A stretch of 64,000 bases of DNA, taken from NCBI GenBank assembly GCA_040954595.2, contig CM082581.2, positions 10,291,099 through 10,355,098 on the forward strand, in the 5' to 3' direction. Under the pieces are notes generated by a model, which saw nothing but the letters and a program-made list of their open reading frames with translations, was not told the DNA's origin and did no database searches. The DNA is from Balanoglossus misakiensis (taxonomy: Eukaryota; Animalia; Hemichordata). Both the position numbers and the translations under genes were made by a program. Shown piece by piece: positions 47,801-61,000 of this stretch. Numbering within the stretch: the first letter of the stretch is position 1; each line of letters starts with the position of its first letter.

Positions 47801-50800
47801 TACCCCTCAAGTATCGGTTTGGTCATGTTGGGTACGATTGTACGTCCCATGCTTAAACAATGTTGTGGACCTGGCCATGACCAGACCAGGAGAAAGTAGT
47901 TGGGTTCACACTAAATATAGCTCATGTCAGCTCCACTCTGTGTGGGTGTGTGGTTTTAAGTCTGTTTAAAATGAACAGTGCGGATATACACATACACGAC
48001 CTTTCTGGTCGGTGTGATTAGTCCAGCTATTGTCATGCTCATTAACTCTAATTAAATGTAATTACTTCAGTATCTTAGGAGACTGGATAAATTGGGCCCA
48101 TCCCCTTTCAACTTGTACCTCTGGGATGCCAACATGCTATATTTAATCAGGTTATGACAGTCTGAGACGCAACCTGTAAAACTTTTCCTTTCTTGGAAAG
48201 GAGAAAGTTATTCTCACGATAACTTTATTTCAGGTTCACTGACTAGGATGTTGATCTTGGAAGGACTTTTTTTCATTACTTTTGAGCTATGGCACAAACA
48301 GAAGTCAACAAACAGCTGTATATTCAACCTTGAACATTAAAGTGCAGCTGTGTACAGCTAACTGACAGACTGAACCCAAAAATATCCCATTGTCAGAAAA
48401 GTGGAAAACCACGCTCAGGCTACTATACCTTCACTTCCTACACACCCATTGGAAATATTTGGCACTCAGACAAACACCAAAGTTGCGTATATCCACCGTG
48501 AATGTGTTTTGTCAAAACAGAAATTCAGTCTCTCCTGGAGAGAGTGAGGTTTCAGCCTTCTGAGAAACATCAAACTTTACGGGTACATGTATCCACTGGA
48601 CTTTTTCTTCTTTTGATGCAGACCTCATAAAACCTCAATCCCAAGGAAGAATAAAAGCCTCTCGCCAAGATAAAAATCAGTAAACATCTTGACGGACTTT
48701 CTTCATAAACCAACATGAAAATGAAACAATCAAAATATATTTTGCATCCAAAATATCCACTTGCAAAAAAAGATCAAAGGAACTAAATATAATCTTTACA
48801 ACTTTCACATTTACAGATTGAACTGTGCAAAGTTGGGTAACATCAGTGTCTCGTGAGGTGAAAAGCGAAAAGTTTAAAGTTCTGTGAAGGCACCTTTTGT
48901 AAATTATATTACTAACTCTAAATCTGTAGGAGCAAGAGTATTGAATGTCTGTAGATGGTCAAAATAGACCCATTGAATCATATATTTCGGAAAGTGATGA
49001 GACAGATGAGTGGATTTCTTCAAGATGCCTTAGAAAGCTGAACGCTTGTTTCTATATCAAACTTGTTTACTTCATGGTGTTGACTCCATGTTCAGTCGTG
49101 TGTGTAAATTCAAGATTGTATGGGCTGTCCAAGTGTAGAATCCAGGCGCATGTGTTTTTTCACTACAAACATAGTGAAAAAGCACACGAGTCTGTATTCT
49201 TCTAGACTAGGGCTGTCCATAGATCAGGGGTTGGCCCACCTCACACCAAATAACACTGTGACAAAGTCTGAACTGGTTTTTGTTTGACACGAAACGGACA
49301 AATCAGAAGATAAGGTTTGGACAAGGTGGGCTGCAGCCAGATAAATAGGAGAGTGGTGATCTATAATGAGTGCCAGTTTTGTAGCTGATGGAGAATGTTA
49401 AGAGAGTAATTATGAAAAGAAAGATAAAGCTTGTACTTCCAGTCTATAATGGGTTAAAATGGACTGAACAATAAAAAGAAAGTTTTGACACTGCTGCATT
49501 GAAGTGACCATGTAGACGACAAATAGAAGAAACGCAGTGCCATGGAAACTAGGACGTCTTAAAGAAGGCGACAACAATGTCCACTGAACATATACAATTT
49601 CATTGCATCAGACATTGCCATGAAAATTCCGCATTTATTCTGGGTCGATTAACTTTAATAAGATCACATCTCCATCCAGCAACCCACAGAGTGTTTTACT
49701 TCACTGAGAACTTATACTGCCCTACCCAAGAATGTCTCTTCTTTTCTCTGCCCTGTCCAAGTATGTCTGTATCGTTATGTTTTCGCTAAATAATTGCCAA
49801 CTAGCAAGTAATTGCATCCAAAGTGATCTTTACAATGGCAAGAACAGTGAAAATGTTTGATGTTGTGACGAAAAATGTTGTTACGGCTAAAAATAGGATT
49901 TCTTTTACGCCAGAGTAATCTCTCCACATTGTGTCTTGTTTTCAAATTTAGTCAGAGGTGTGGTTCATTATTTGAGAAGACATGGGTGTAACTATTATAT
50001 GCATGGATTGAAAGCTATTTTTGGTTGAAGGTTTCCCTTCAAATATTGTTATTTATTCTTTATTGAAAAACTGTTTTATTACTTAAAATTTCATAACGTG
50101 GACTTCACCACAACATATCCAAAACTTTAGTTTATCATAATTTGGTTGTCTGACTTCCAAGAGCAAACACAGCGACTTTGTCATGTAGGTTTTCTTAAGT
50201 GTTGTGCCCTTGCAACAATTCACCACTTGTGCCAACTTTATACTCTGAACCTTCTAACTTCAAAGTAAAGAACCTCTTCCCATGAAGCGAACAAAAGAAA
50301 TGGCCCTTACAGGTATTATTGTTGCTGCTGCAAAGTACTTTATGTCAATTTTCCTCCGAGCTTGCTTTGTTCCCCTTGATTGTTTTTCAGTTTAATGTCC
50401 AATAATTACCCAAACAACTCCAGCTCACAGTGCCAAATCATATATCCATCTGCTTTGAACATACTCCTTCCGTAGCCTTGATTTCAAAGAAGAGGAGAAT
50501 CCGCACAAAGCAAAATCCGTTTTGTCTTCAACATCCTCATCTTAGGGATCCCTTGTCTCTGGCATCAGTATCCCATTAGAATGCTTTTAGTCAGTCGAGC
50601 GTAACTGATCAGAGTCGTCCCGAGACATATCAGAGACATCTAAAGAAATGATCTCCCGGGCCATTACGAGAAAAGAAATGGCCGCAAATGTTTTCAATAA
50701 TTCAGCGCCGGAGCTTGACTGATAGGCCAAACAGCCATTAGAAAGTTAATGGGGAAAAATCAATAAAAAGTATATATTCTGTGTTATTTCTGTCATTGTG

Positions 50801-51380
50801 CATGTCGAGAGAAGTTTATCAGCTTTTGCTGTTTAATCTTTAAATACCTGAAAGCTAATAAGAACATCATGATGGTGGTACTAGCTGGTTTCAAGGGTTG
50901 TTTTGATTCTTGTTTTGCATTGTAGAACTTGAAATAGTAGATGGTGTTGACGACTGTATATTTTTGCTGCAGGGTCATCAGGACATTGTCCAAGCACCTG
51001 TTCTACATAGCGTTTCACATCCCCTTCAAGACTTTACTTTATTCTAGTATTTTGATCCTTTTTAATATGTTTCGACAGCTGTTGTTCTCCCTCATCCAGA
51101 AAATTACACTACACCGGAATATTCCAGCAATGACATGTAGTTTATCATTTCATAATAAGCAGTGAAATTTAAAACTTGTGGGGGGAAATTTGGACACTAT
51201 TATTTGGCAAAGATTCAGTATTTCTTTAAGATGTAATTGGATTGCGTCCTGTATCAATATTTTGGCTTTCAAGTGCAGCCCAGGCTATGACCAAATGTAT
51301 AATATTCATCATTATACACCTACTCTCGTATTTCTGTGGTTTTGTTGTAGAATGCAACCAATACAACCACATGGAAAAAG

Positions 51381-51462
51381 AACCTCTATAAACCAGACAC
51401 CTCTGCAAACCGAACAATATACTCAGTCCCTTTGATGTCCAGTTTAGACAGGTTTTACTGTA
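51381..51462. mobile_element. Tc1/mariner-type MITE remnant
   Basis: AACCTCTATAAACCAGACA versus TGTCCAGTTTAGACAGGTT (15/19 inverted match), terminating in TTACTGTA. Confidence 0.55.
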
Positions 51463-53538
51463 TTTAAGCATTAAAAGCTAACTCTCCTAAACATCCTGAA
51501 ACACTGGGCTGCCAATCATGATTAAACTCGTCCTTCAGAAGGTGTGAAATGTTTAAGACCTGTAATTCTGTGATCAGATAGTTAGTTTACACAGTTACTG
51601 ATACTTGTGTGTTTCACACCATGGTTGCTGCTGGTTTATTGACTCAGTAAGCAGACATAATGGACAAAACTTAATTAGTTCTACTCAGTCCCAGTCCAAG
51701 AGTAAATATTAACACAGGATATTCATCAGTCAGTATACTTTTAATAGTCATATCCCAGCTTTTTTTAAGTGGCAGCGTTGCAAAGAAAGTCACACCTGCA
51801 AACACTTGAAGTGATAAAAACTAAATTAATCAAGTTGTTATGTCATTCCTGATTCAGAGCACTCAATTCAGAATTGCTGCCACGTATATTAATATGTTGA
51901 AGTAGAAGACTAACAAAATTTGATTTTCCAATTTTTGTTTGTAACAATCAAACAATCAAAATATTTTGAAAAAAAATGTTATATTTCAGAAGTAAAACCA
52001 GGAGCTCTGAACTTTATACAACTTATTTGCTAGTACCAAAACATTTTCACACTATTAAAACTATATTATTATATTGACACCAAGTATAGAAAGATGTGTG
52101 AAATCTTGTTTTCCCTTGAGAAGAAAGCTCTAGCCCTGGTGGAGTGTAGTAGTGAACTTTGGCAGTACACTGTCACTTTGGTTGGGGGCGGGGGGGGGGG
52201 GGGTAAATAACAATGATTGGGTCAAGTATTAACCTCATTGAAGTCCTGCTTGGGTCAGGTTTTTACAATCTGAAATGAGGTAATAAAAAGCGGTGGTTGG
52301 TGCCATCATCAACACCATTACTGGCTAAAGGCTATAATTTAGTCTGTCCGTCACGGTATATCTGTTGTGTTGCCCGCTCAGATGAGAAACACCCCACACA
52401 CATAGTTGTACACAAAATCATTGTCTGAATGGTTTAGTAGTAAATTAACCGGATCAGAGCGGGAAACGGCTACCATGTATTTAAAGAGGGGTTCCACACA
52501 TACCAGTGTTTTTCGGAGACTGCTTTTAATGGCAGTCTACAAATCAAATGTTTCCAGATGGCTCTATTGTCTGAAAGGGTACAGCTTGGTGGAATCGCTT
52601 TTGTGGAAGGAACTGTATAAAGGTGATGCTGCTCTCAATGTGGTCTGGCCAGTTAGACAACTTCATAAAAGGCATTTTACCGTCTCATTTCATAACTGCC
52701 TTGCAACTTTTTCCCAAACATTTTAGAGCATTTTAAAAAGCATTTTAGAAATATGGACCAAACAAAACAGAAAGTGCATGGTCATGGATGACCAAGCTTT
52801 CCCCCCACACAGCTGTGTTTGTGGCCAGACTTTGGTTTTGCTTCATCTGGTGGCGGCGGGGGTCAATGTCAAGTCCAACATAATCTGCTGTGCTTGTTTG
52901 AAGAAACTTATCTACTGCTGGTACCCTGCGGCAGTTTGCTTAGATTAGACATTCATGCTTCTTAAAGAGTTTCAACCGAAGGCCGCTTGGTTCAAACTTT
53001 AAAATGTTTCTGCTACTTTTTTTCAGGTCAGAAATAAACAAAGTATTACCTGGTTTCCCTGTGGAGATCTTTATTTCATATAATGGATTTTATGAAATTC
53101 AAGGTATGTTGAAGTTTGTTTACTTTTTGTCATGTAAGAGTGATTGCCTTTTCTTTTGCTATGCTTTGATTTCCAAGAGTTTACTTTTTGTTTCCATCAG
53201 AAATCTCATATTAATGTTTTAGCCGTAATAGCATGAAAAAAAGCCTTATCAGATCCATTAATCTTGTATTAACTCTGGATCAATGACATATTTCTATTGG
53301 GAAAGTTTGACAGACCATATCCATGTATTCCAGTCATATATCATCTCTCTTATCTTGGAAATCTCTCCCGGCATGCCATGGAAAGATAACTGTGTGTGAT
53401 CCGCTCATCAAAATTTGTTATTCTGACAGCTGGTGTTCCCGTTTCCTTTATTTAAGACCTAGATATGTGTTCCCATTTCAGAGATGCTTCTGGATTTAGT
53501 GTCTCCACATCCTTGCTGTCCTCTTCATAATCTTACTG

Positions 53539-53701
53539 TCCATCCATCTACCCATTCATTCATTCATTCATTCATTCATTAATTCATTCATTCATTCATT
53601 CATTCATTCATTCATCCATCCATCCATCCATCCATCCATCCATCTACCCATTCATTCATTCATTCATTCATTCATTCATTCATTCATTCATTCATTCATT
53701 C
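53539..53701. repeat. Compound tetranucleotide microsatellite (CATT)n/(CATC)n
   Basis: Two blocks of (CATC)n-TACC-(CATT)n read directly. Confidence 0.97.
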
Positions 53702-54014
53702 TGACACTATATTTACCTCAAAATACAAAGAGTTTAACCATACTAGTATCCAGTATTTGATTAGCTTGGAAGTCACCCAACCCTAGCGATCTTGACAACC
53801 GTGGGTGTTCTGCCAGCATTTCCCTGAAGGTAAAACCTGAAATGTGTTTATTGAACATGCCATTTGTGTTTGTACTTAAAAACATTGCTCACCAAAACAA
53901 GCCCAGCATCAACACACAACTTGGATCAGAGTTTTCCTCCTGTTTATTTGATCAAGATCTCCCCATTTCTGGCCAAGGAGAGTTTTTAAAAACTTAAGGT
54001 GTTCCCTTAATTCC

Positions 54015-54107
54015 TTAACCCTTTCACCCCCAGTTCCCTCTATGGAGGTCCAACTTTACCATACAAAACAATAGATTTGGACCAAACCATGGTGGTGAAA
54101 AGGTTAA
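54015..54107. mobile_element. piggyBac-like MITE, copy 2
   Basis: TTAA-CCCTTTCACC...GGTGAAAAGG-TTAA; internal AGGTCCAACTTTACCATACAAAACAAT...TTGGACCA matches copy 1. Confidence 0.8.
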
Positions 54108-57100
54108 TGGACTATTATCAATTTGGCCAGTTGTTTTCTCCTAGAACTTTTTCTTTCTTGTAAATTCAGACAGCATCATTTGAGTAGATTTCAGTCACAT
54201 ACTGACAGTTTTAAAAATCTGGAACTCACATGTAAGTAATTTTAGAAAAGAAACAACATCCAGTCGGCATTGTACTTTCAAGCTTTTCGGACCAGTAAAC
54301 TAAAACGCAAAACTATTCAGGCACTCCAACTGCAGAGTGAAATGTGATCCATTTTACTGGTACCTGGTAATGAACATGCTCGCTCAACACCGTAGGCTAC
54401 CTGAAATCTAAACAGCATCCTCTTCACAAAGGAGAAAGATTGCATCAGATATTCCATGAATCCCATCTTTAAAATATCTTTATCTCAACAGATTGTTCTC
54501 AAGAAAATCCTTTTACGTGGCTATAGGCTAATGTTGCTTTTAGTGAAATGATTCGCCTTATAAGATAATAACTCCTTTAAATCCGTGCAACCTCCAGAAG
54601 CTTTATCGTTGCCATCTTGTTTCTAATGTTTGCTTAGAGGCAGTATGAGTATACAAAAAGTCATCTAGTCTGGGTTCGTATCCCCTGGAGACTTCAAAAT
54701 GGCTGATGAAGATGTTCCTTTTGATATTACAAAATGCGGGAGAAGGCAGCTACTTAAATGAATTCCCTAGGGTAGTCTTTTTTTCTTCCTTTCTCAAGAA
54801 TTCAGCATTCCTTGATGTTAAAGAATCAAGTGCATAATATTGAGAGATGATCTGGAATTTAACCTCGGTGAAACATGTCGTCTCATGAATTCTCAATGCG
54901 TAGCCTCATCTAAAATTTAGATTTATTTTGACATAAAAAATATCAAAACAAACCGTTCTCCCCAGTGGCAACTTAAATCATCATGCCTTTTAACCCTCAT
55001 TTCAAAGAGTTCTATAATAGTGCATCTTTGGAGCTAAGTTTGGCTTGACCTATAAAAAGAAAGTAGCAATGAATTTCTGTTCTTAACGATGTTAATTTTT
55101 CCCCTGGTAGCGAAAAATCATTCCCTTATGGCAAGGCAGCACTGAGACACGTACGTACCATCTCCTGCAGTGCCACACACTATGAATTTAACTTGCATAA
55201 ATCATTTCGCAGTGATAGGTAGTTCCGATACAAAGCACTGTCTCAAACCTCCACACGCACCCTGAGTGTTTGAGTGGTTTTTCGATATTTTGGTCAGTTG
55301 CAAAAACACAGGGGGCTGTCACAGTTTAACTTGTTTGTTGGCTCTGTACGCATTGTTTAGTTCGGTCGAGACGGATGATGACAGAGACGGCGCAGTGCGT
55401 GGGGCTTCTCCCTTATTCAGCGAGTTTTTGACTGTTTGGAGACCGGGGTGATGACTCAACTGGTTTTAGTAATTACAGTTTGACGCATACTGTCACCAGC
55501 GTATAGCCAGAGCACCTTCGCGTCTAGACTCCTTGGCTCTGGGGCAGAGACATCACACTTTACTCACACTGCGCTGCCCTGTGTACACCCAGTCAGGCTT
55601 CATTGCCACACATGTTTGCCGACCGCATTGTGTGTGCAATCAAGTTGAAAGAAAAAACCCTTTATCCCGGCCTAAATATATTCAAATGTCTTTAATTATC
55701 AAAAGCAACAACCTGATCTGCGTTGTCTGCAAAAGTTCCAAATTGGGACAAAGAATGTTGATGTTCAAATGCGACAATGGAAGTGCTTGAGATTAAAGGG
55801 GTAATACATGCAGATGAACAATTCTCTTTCTCTTTGAGATACCCGCTGAGGGATGAAGGAAGCAAAGAAACAATTACACCGTTAGAATTGAAGACAGAAC
55901 TGAAGAAAAATCTCAAGTGTACTCTTAAAATAGCTTGTAGATAAATGCTGGTAGGCTAATTCATGAGCCTTAGACCTGTCCATGCACTGAATTAAACAAG
56001 GCCAAGTAGCCGCAATTAACTCGCTGCAATTTCTGTTGAAATATTTTCACCATGTGTAACGGTAGAACAATCCTTTTAGCACTTCAGCTTTCAATGGCAA
56101 TACATCACAAAAGAATTCATGCTGTGTGGTACAAGGTATAAAATATATATCCATGTTGCAGTAAATCTTTCGAGGCTCAACCTCTCGTGTTAACTGAAGA
56201 GTTTTGAATTATGATCATCAGTGCTAATATATTTATTTATGATTGCTGTGTCAACTGTAATCACTTTAAAGGTAGAACGTCGCCTAAGCAAATTTCACCA
56301 CAGTTACCATGGAAATAAGAAATTGCAGATTGTGTTCCTTTAAGATATTATGCAGAGATAAGAAGGCCGAGTACAGAAAAGAGCCAAAAAGTAAAATTTA
56401 CAGTAGGATTAGACTATACAATCTAGGAATTCAGTAACAAATGAGCTTCCCATTGCAGTAAATCTTGAACAGTCAGATGGATTAAATGCATACCTGCACA
56501 AAACTGCATTGCAGCTTAAAGGATTATCTTTGATTCGATCATATACTCCACAACTTGTTAAAAAAACTTGATCATAATCAAATAAAATTTCATTTCATAA
56601 ATTTCCATTTACAAAAGATTACAGGATTATCTGTGATTTGGCTATATGTTGTAAATACCAGTCAGAAATGTTAATCTATAGTGGCAGTGATGCAGCAATG
56701 TGCGTCACGATATACCTTGAGGTATTAAAACCAATTCACTATCAGTGGCCTACATATTATAATACTGAACGAGAGTGGTGGATTCGTAAGAATATTCTTG
56801 CCTTATAGGCATGGTTGCAGTTAGCTTTTGTTGTGTGATGTGCTTACAGAAGGAAGGACCCAGGGCAATATACGCAGCATCGTAAACACACATACCAAGA
56901 GTCCCTGTGAGGTGACCATCAAGTATGCATGCCAGAAGCTCCTGGTGTACAAAAATCAGGCAGCACGTCTGGGAAACTTTTTTCCCCTTCCAAGATGGAG
57001 TCAATGGAACAAATTAAGACGTGAAGGATCACTATGGCAAAATTCCGTCTTCACTTTCACTACCTCATCACTAAAAAAGTTATACACATAATATTACTAC

Positions 57101-58014
57101 TCCAAGAACTCCACCATAAACAATATCATTTGTTTGTATATTATTAAAGATAGGTCAAATATGCACTAGCTTACTTGAAATAGTTTCAATTCAGTTCAAT
57201 GCAATATGGATTACTGAATTAAACATACTTTCTATTTGGTAACTTTTGCATGTATTCATTGTTTTGGCAAAGCGCCACAGAGGATTTCAGGCTTCGAGTA
57301 AAAACGTTCCGACTGATTAGTTTCAATATCAGTGTTAGATAACGCCATGAATGACAAGTCCAAAAAATCCACCCTAGATGATTATACACTGCCTCTAGGA
57401 AAGTTCCCGCACTTTTTCCTTCCCTTGAGAATAGTCCAGTACTATACCTACACTCTTCTTGATTTCATGCTTTCGAAGGTACCCGACTTGCCCTACCATA
57501 GTACCATGCCTCATGGCAAGGTAGGCACTTACAGCAGTGTTTATTTGGACTACTGGAGCTTAAATAAATCAAAGTTTCCATTGTTTATTTATTTTCAAGG
57601 ACTTCCAAGGTCAGGAGTGTCCTTCCCGGTTAATCACATTAACCTGAAAATCAACTTTCAGACTTGACACTGTGCACAAGCCATGTCAGTTACAACACAC
57701 GATTTCAATTTGTAAATTGATCCCTCAAATATCATTTAAATTTGTTCCAGCTGACTGCATCGCCCAGTCCTATAGTATGTAATCTATTAGTTCCCTCCAT
57801 GCTCTGGTTTGAAATTCCAGTCTTTTATCGTGGCTGCCTCCAACTGAAGATACCATATAGCTACTGGCTGTTTTGTTATGACTTCTGTGCAAATTTGCTT
57901 TGTTTACTGATAAAGTGTTGGTTTTATTAAGTAGATTAATATTGTGATTGATCAGTTGATCATTATCAGTTGCCATGAGTTGTTACAGTTATGTATCAAC
58001 TTATTAGGATTTAC

Positions 58015-58060
58015 TGGTTGGTTGGTTGATTGATTGATTGATCATTTTATTGATTGATCA
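58015..58060. repeat. Short (TTGG)n/(TTGA)n microsatellite
   Basis: TGGTTGGTTGGTTGATTGATTGATTGATC...TTGATTGATCA. Confidence 0.8.
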
Positions 58061-61000
58061 TCTCCCATAGCAAAGGTATCATCCAAAAACCAGTCCTCAT
58101 GCAGGTATTGCAGTCATGGCTGATATCTGCACCACGCATGCCAAATCTCCTATAGATCTGCATCGAAGAAGTCATTTTTCGCTGACGAACAGGCGCTTCA
58201 TCACTTAATCTTGTGATGACGTAAAACTCTTGATGCCGGTTTAAAGTCCGACCATATATACTTGTTTCCATTAATACCATCATTAATGCATTAAGCAACG
58301 TAGTCGTCCATGGATGGGAAAACGTAGACACATTTTAGAGTAGGGATGGTTCTACTTGAGCACCACAAAGCTGTATTTGTGGTTTAATGTTATTTGGTAT
58401 GTTGCCATTCGCTGCAGCTTCCTGTTGGTAATTGCTTTGGTCTTTTGAAGTGTTTCTGGTGCATTGACTTCTTATTGGATCGCGAGAGAAGGGTTCAGGG
58501 TTGTACCTGACTGCGGAAATGGAACGGAGAAGCCTGTATCGGTCAGGACAGGAAATGTAGGCCTTATGCCTTGCCATTTAAGTACACCAAATGAGAAAAC
58601 CACACTAATTGAATCTGTTTTTCAATCGTTATCCAAATCACGATCGGTAGAAGAAAAAAACCTTGAGCTGAACTTCTTAGTTTTTTAGAGCGTGTCTGTC
58701 AGCGACAGCTGAGGCCAGCTCTTTCCACCCACAAGGCTGGAATGCCAAAACGCCAGGTTGAACGTTTACATACAAATGACAAGTTTACAGGAAATGGTCC
58801 CTGGCATACAGCTCAGATGACATTATTCCCTCGGATAGACCATCTGCACATGCTTTATCGGCACAAACAGGGAATGGATGCAGTTTCAGCTATCTCTGAG
58901 AGTAAAATTACTTTCCTTGGTTCTTCAGTTTATTGATCAAGCAGTCATATTTACGCTGTCATAGGAATATCACCGTATTTCCTTTCACTAGGATCAGTCA
59001 AACTTGCTCCAGTGAAGTGCAGGATCATTTTCATTTTCATCAATGGTAAAAGTTGTTTTGTTACAATAACAGACTATAAATGTGTCAATGCAATGTGTGA
59101 CCTCAGATCTCTCATTATGCTGCACTGAGGACCTTGCGAGTCACTATTAAAAAAAGATGTTTATAAATGTCAGTATTTTCCAAAAAACATGTTTTCAGCA
59201 GTGAAGGATATCAATGTGCTCATATTCCAACAACAAAGAGATGCATAAAACATGTTCAATGCCGTAGAAATTTAGCAAAACTTTACCAAACTTTTGTCTG
59301 TGGAGATCAGTTTGCATCTGATGCTTTTAGAATGCTCAAGTTTGACGTCTTTAAGAAAGTGATTTCAAGCATAAGTTAAAGACCCCAAGGAATTGTAAGG
59401 AGCACAAAGTACATTTGAATTGCACGTACATGCAAATTTTACGATACGCAAACAGGTGGAAATAATCAACAAACAAGTTGTTTTCAACAGAATAGCCGGA
59501 GTTTTTCTCACAAATTTCGTCTTTAATCTTCTCACCCATTAAAGTTTCATTTGCTTTAAAGTTTAAATGAGGCCAAAGTCTCCCTTATTTTCATATTACA
59601 GTACAACTTTTTTCTCAGGCTCGCCTATAATGTTCATAGGTGCACAACCAGCAGCAAGATTATACTACATGACGTGCTACCCTGTTTCCAAATTGCTAGA
59701 TTTAGCCTTCTTAGAAGTGGTCTGAAATATTTCTTAATAGGACCTCTGCCCAGACACTGAACGGAGCCAAAATATACACTGCATGTTCTGAGACAGCTAG
59801 GCGACTTGTCACTTTCACTGGCTTTCTGCTTCATGTAATCATGTGGAAATTACACACACCACAGTCTATTGACTGCCTCAACTCCTCAATTCCCCGGCCT
59901 TTCTGACTATAAGTAAAAAGTACTGGATTCCACCACGTCAAGTCTCATTATCATCAAGTTCTGTTCACAGAAATCACACAGAGTGCATCAGATCTAGCAG
60001 TACATGTATATATATATATTTGGAGCAACTTGACCAAAAATGCCAAGTTGGAATGCATCTATGAGACAAATAACAGTAAAGCATCCACGAGACAAGAAAG
60101 CGAAGCAGGGTTTACAGTGTAAATAGCTTTTGAATAATTTAGCAGAACAAATGGATCTTCCCTTAATTTGTATGCTTCATTATCTCATCTTTGTGCTGCG
60201 CTTCGCCAGCGCATTGTAAGTTTCTGACACAGTGTAAACAGCGGGTAAGGAGACCGGCTGCCGAATGCCTGATAACGCAATGGTGTCCATGCATATCACA
60301 AAACTCCATCAACTCTGCGGTTTCATGCTCCCAAGCTCTCCCAATTCCCTCGACGCCAGAGCTCCACCACTCGCCGAATACTTCGGAATACTTCAAAACA
60401 GCTGATAACGATCTCAAAATAAAAAGTTTTTTAAAAGAAAAAGTCGGCTCATGCACCCAGCATACAATTGTCACAAAACTTTGCACAGGGGAAAAGCACT
60501 CAACAAAAAAGTCATTCTGTTCTGAACACTGGCTTCCTTCTTCGTGAGAGAGAACTGTGACTAAAGGGAACTAATGGTTTATTTCGGTCGGAAAAAAAAA
60601 GTGGCCCTGAACGTTCCGTGAGAAACGAGTAGATTCATTTCAAGTGCTCCTTGGCTGAGGAAACCTTAGTGTACCAATCTGGATATTGTATATGCCTGTA
60701 CATTAAGATTTCAAGAAGTTTGTGTGTTTTCTGTTGTCGACGTGTCAGCAAATACTTTTCCAATCGAACAGAGTGTATATACCGCAAGCAGTCCCATTTT
60801 GAAAACAGTCGCTGCTTTGGGAATAGTTTGTTTTTGACTCTTAGAATTTGAATTTCATTTTTCCTCCCCTAAGAGTATCACAGATATAATTAATGAACCA
60901 AAGCAGATTTTTTTTCAGTTGATTCATCTGCTGTTTGTTTTTTGTCTGACTTTCATTTTAAACACATATAAAATAACAGAAATACAGAAAAACAAACAAA

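Noticed and set aside
56266-56720. Possible Kolobok-like element (TTAAAGGTAGAACG...CGATATACCTTGA)
   Set aside because: Termini too degenerate to support without a repeat library; similar lone ends at about 1605, 28477, 46778, 62990 and 63950 were also left uncalled.
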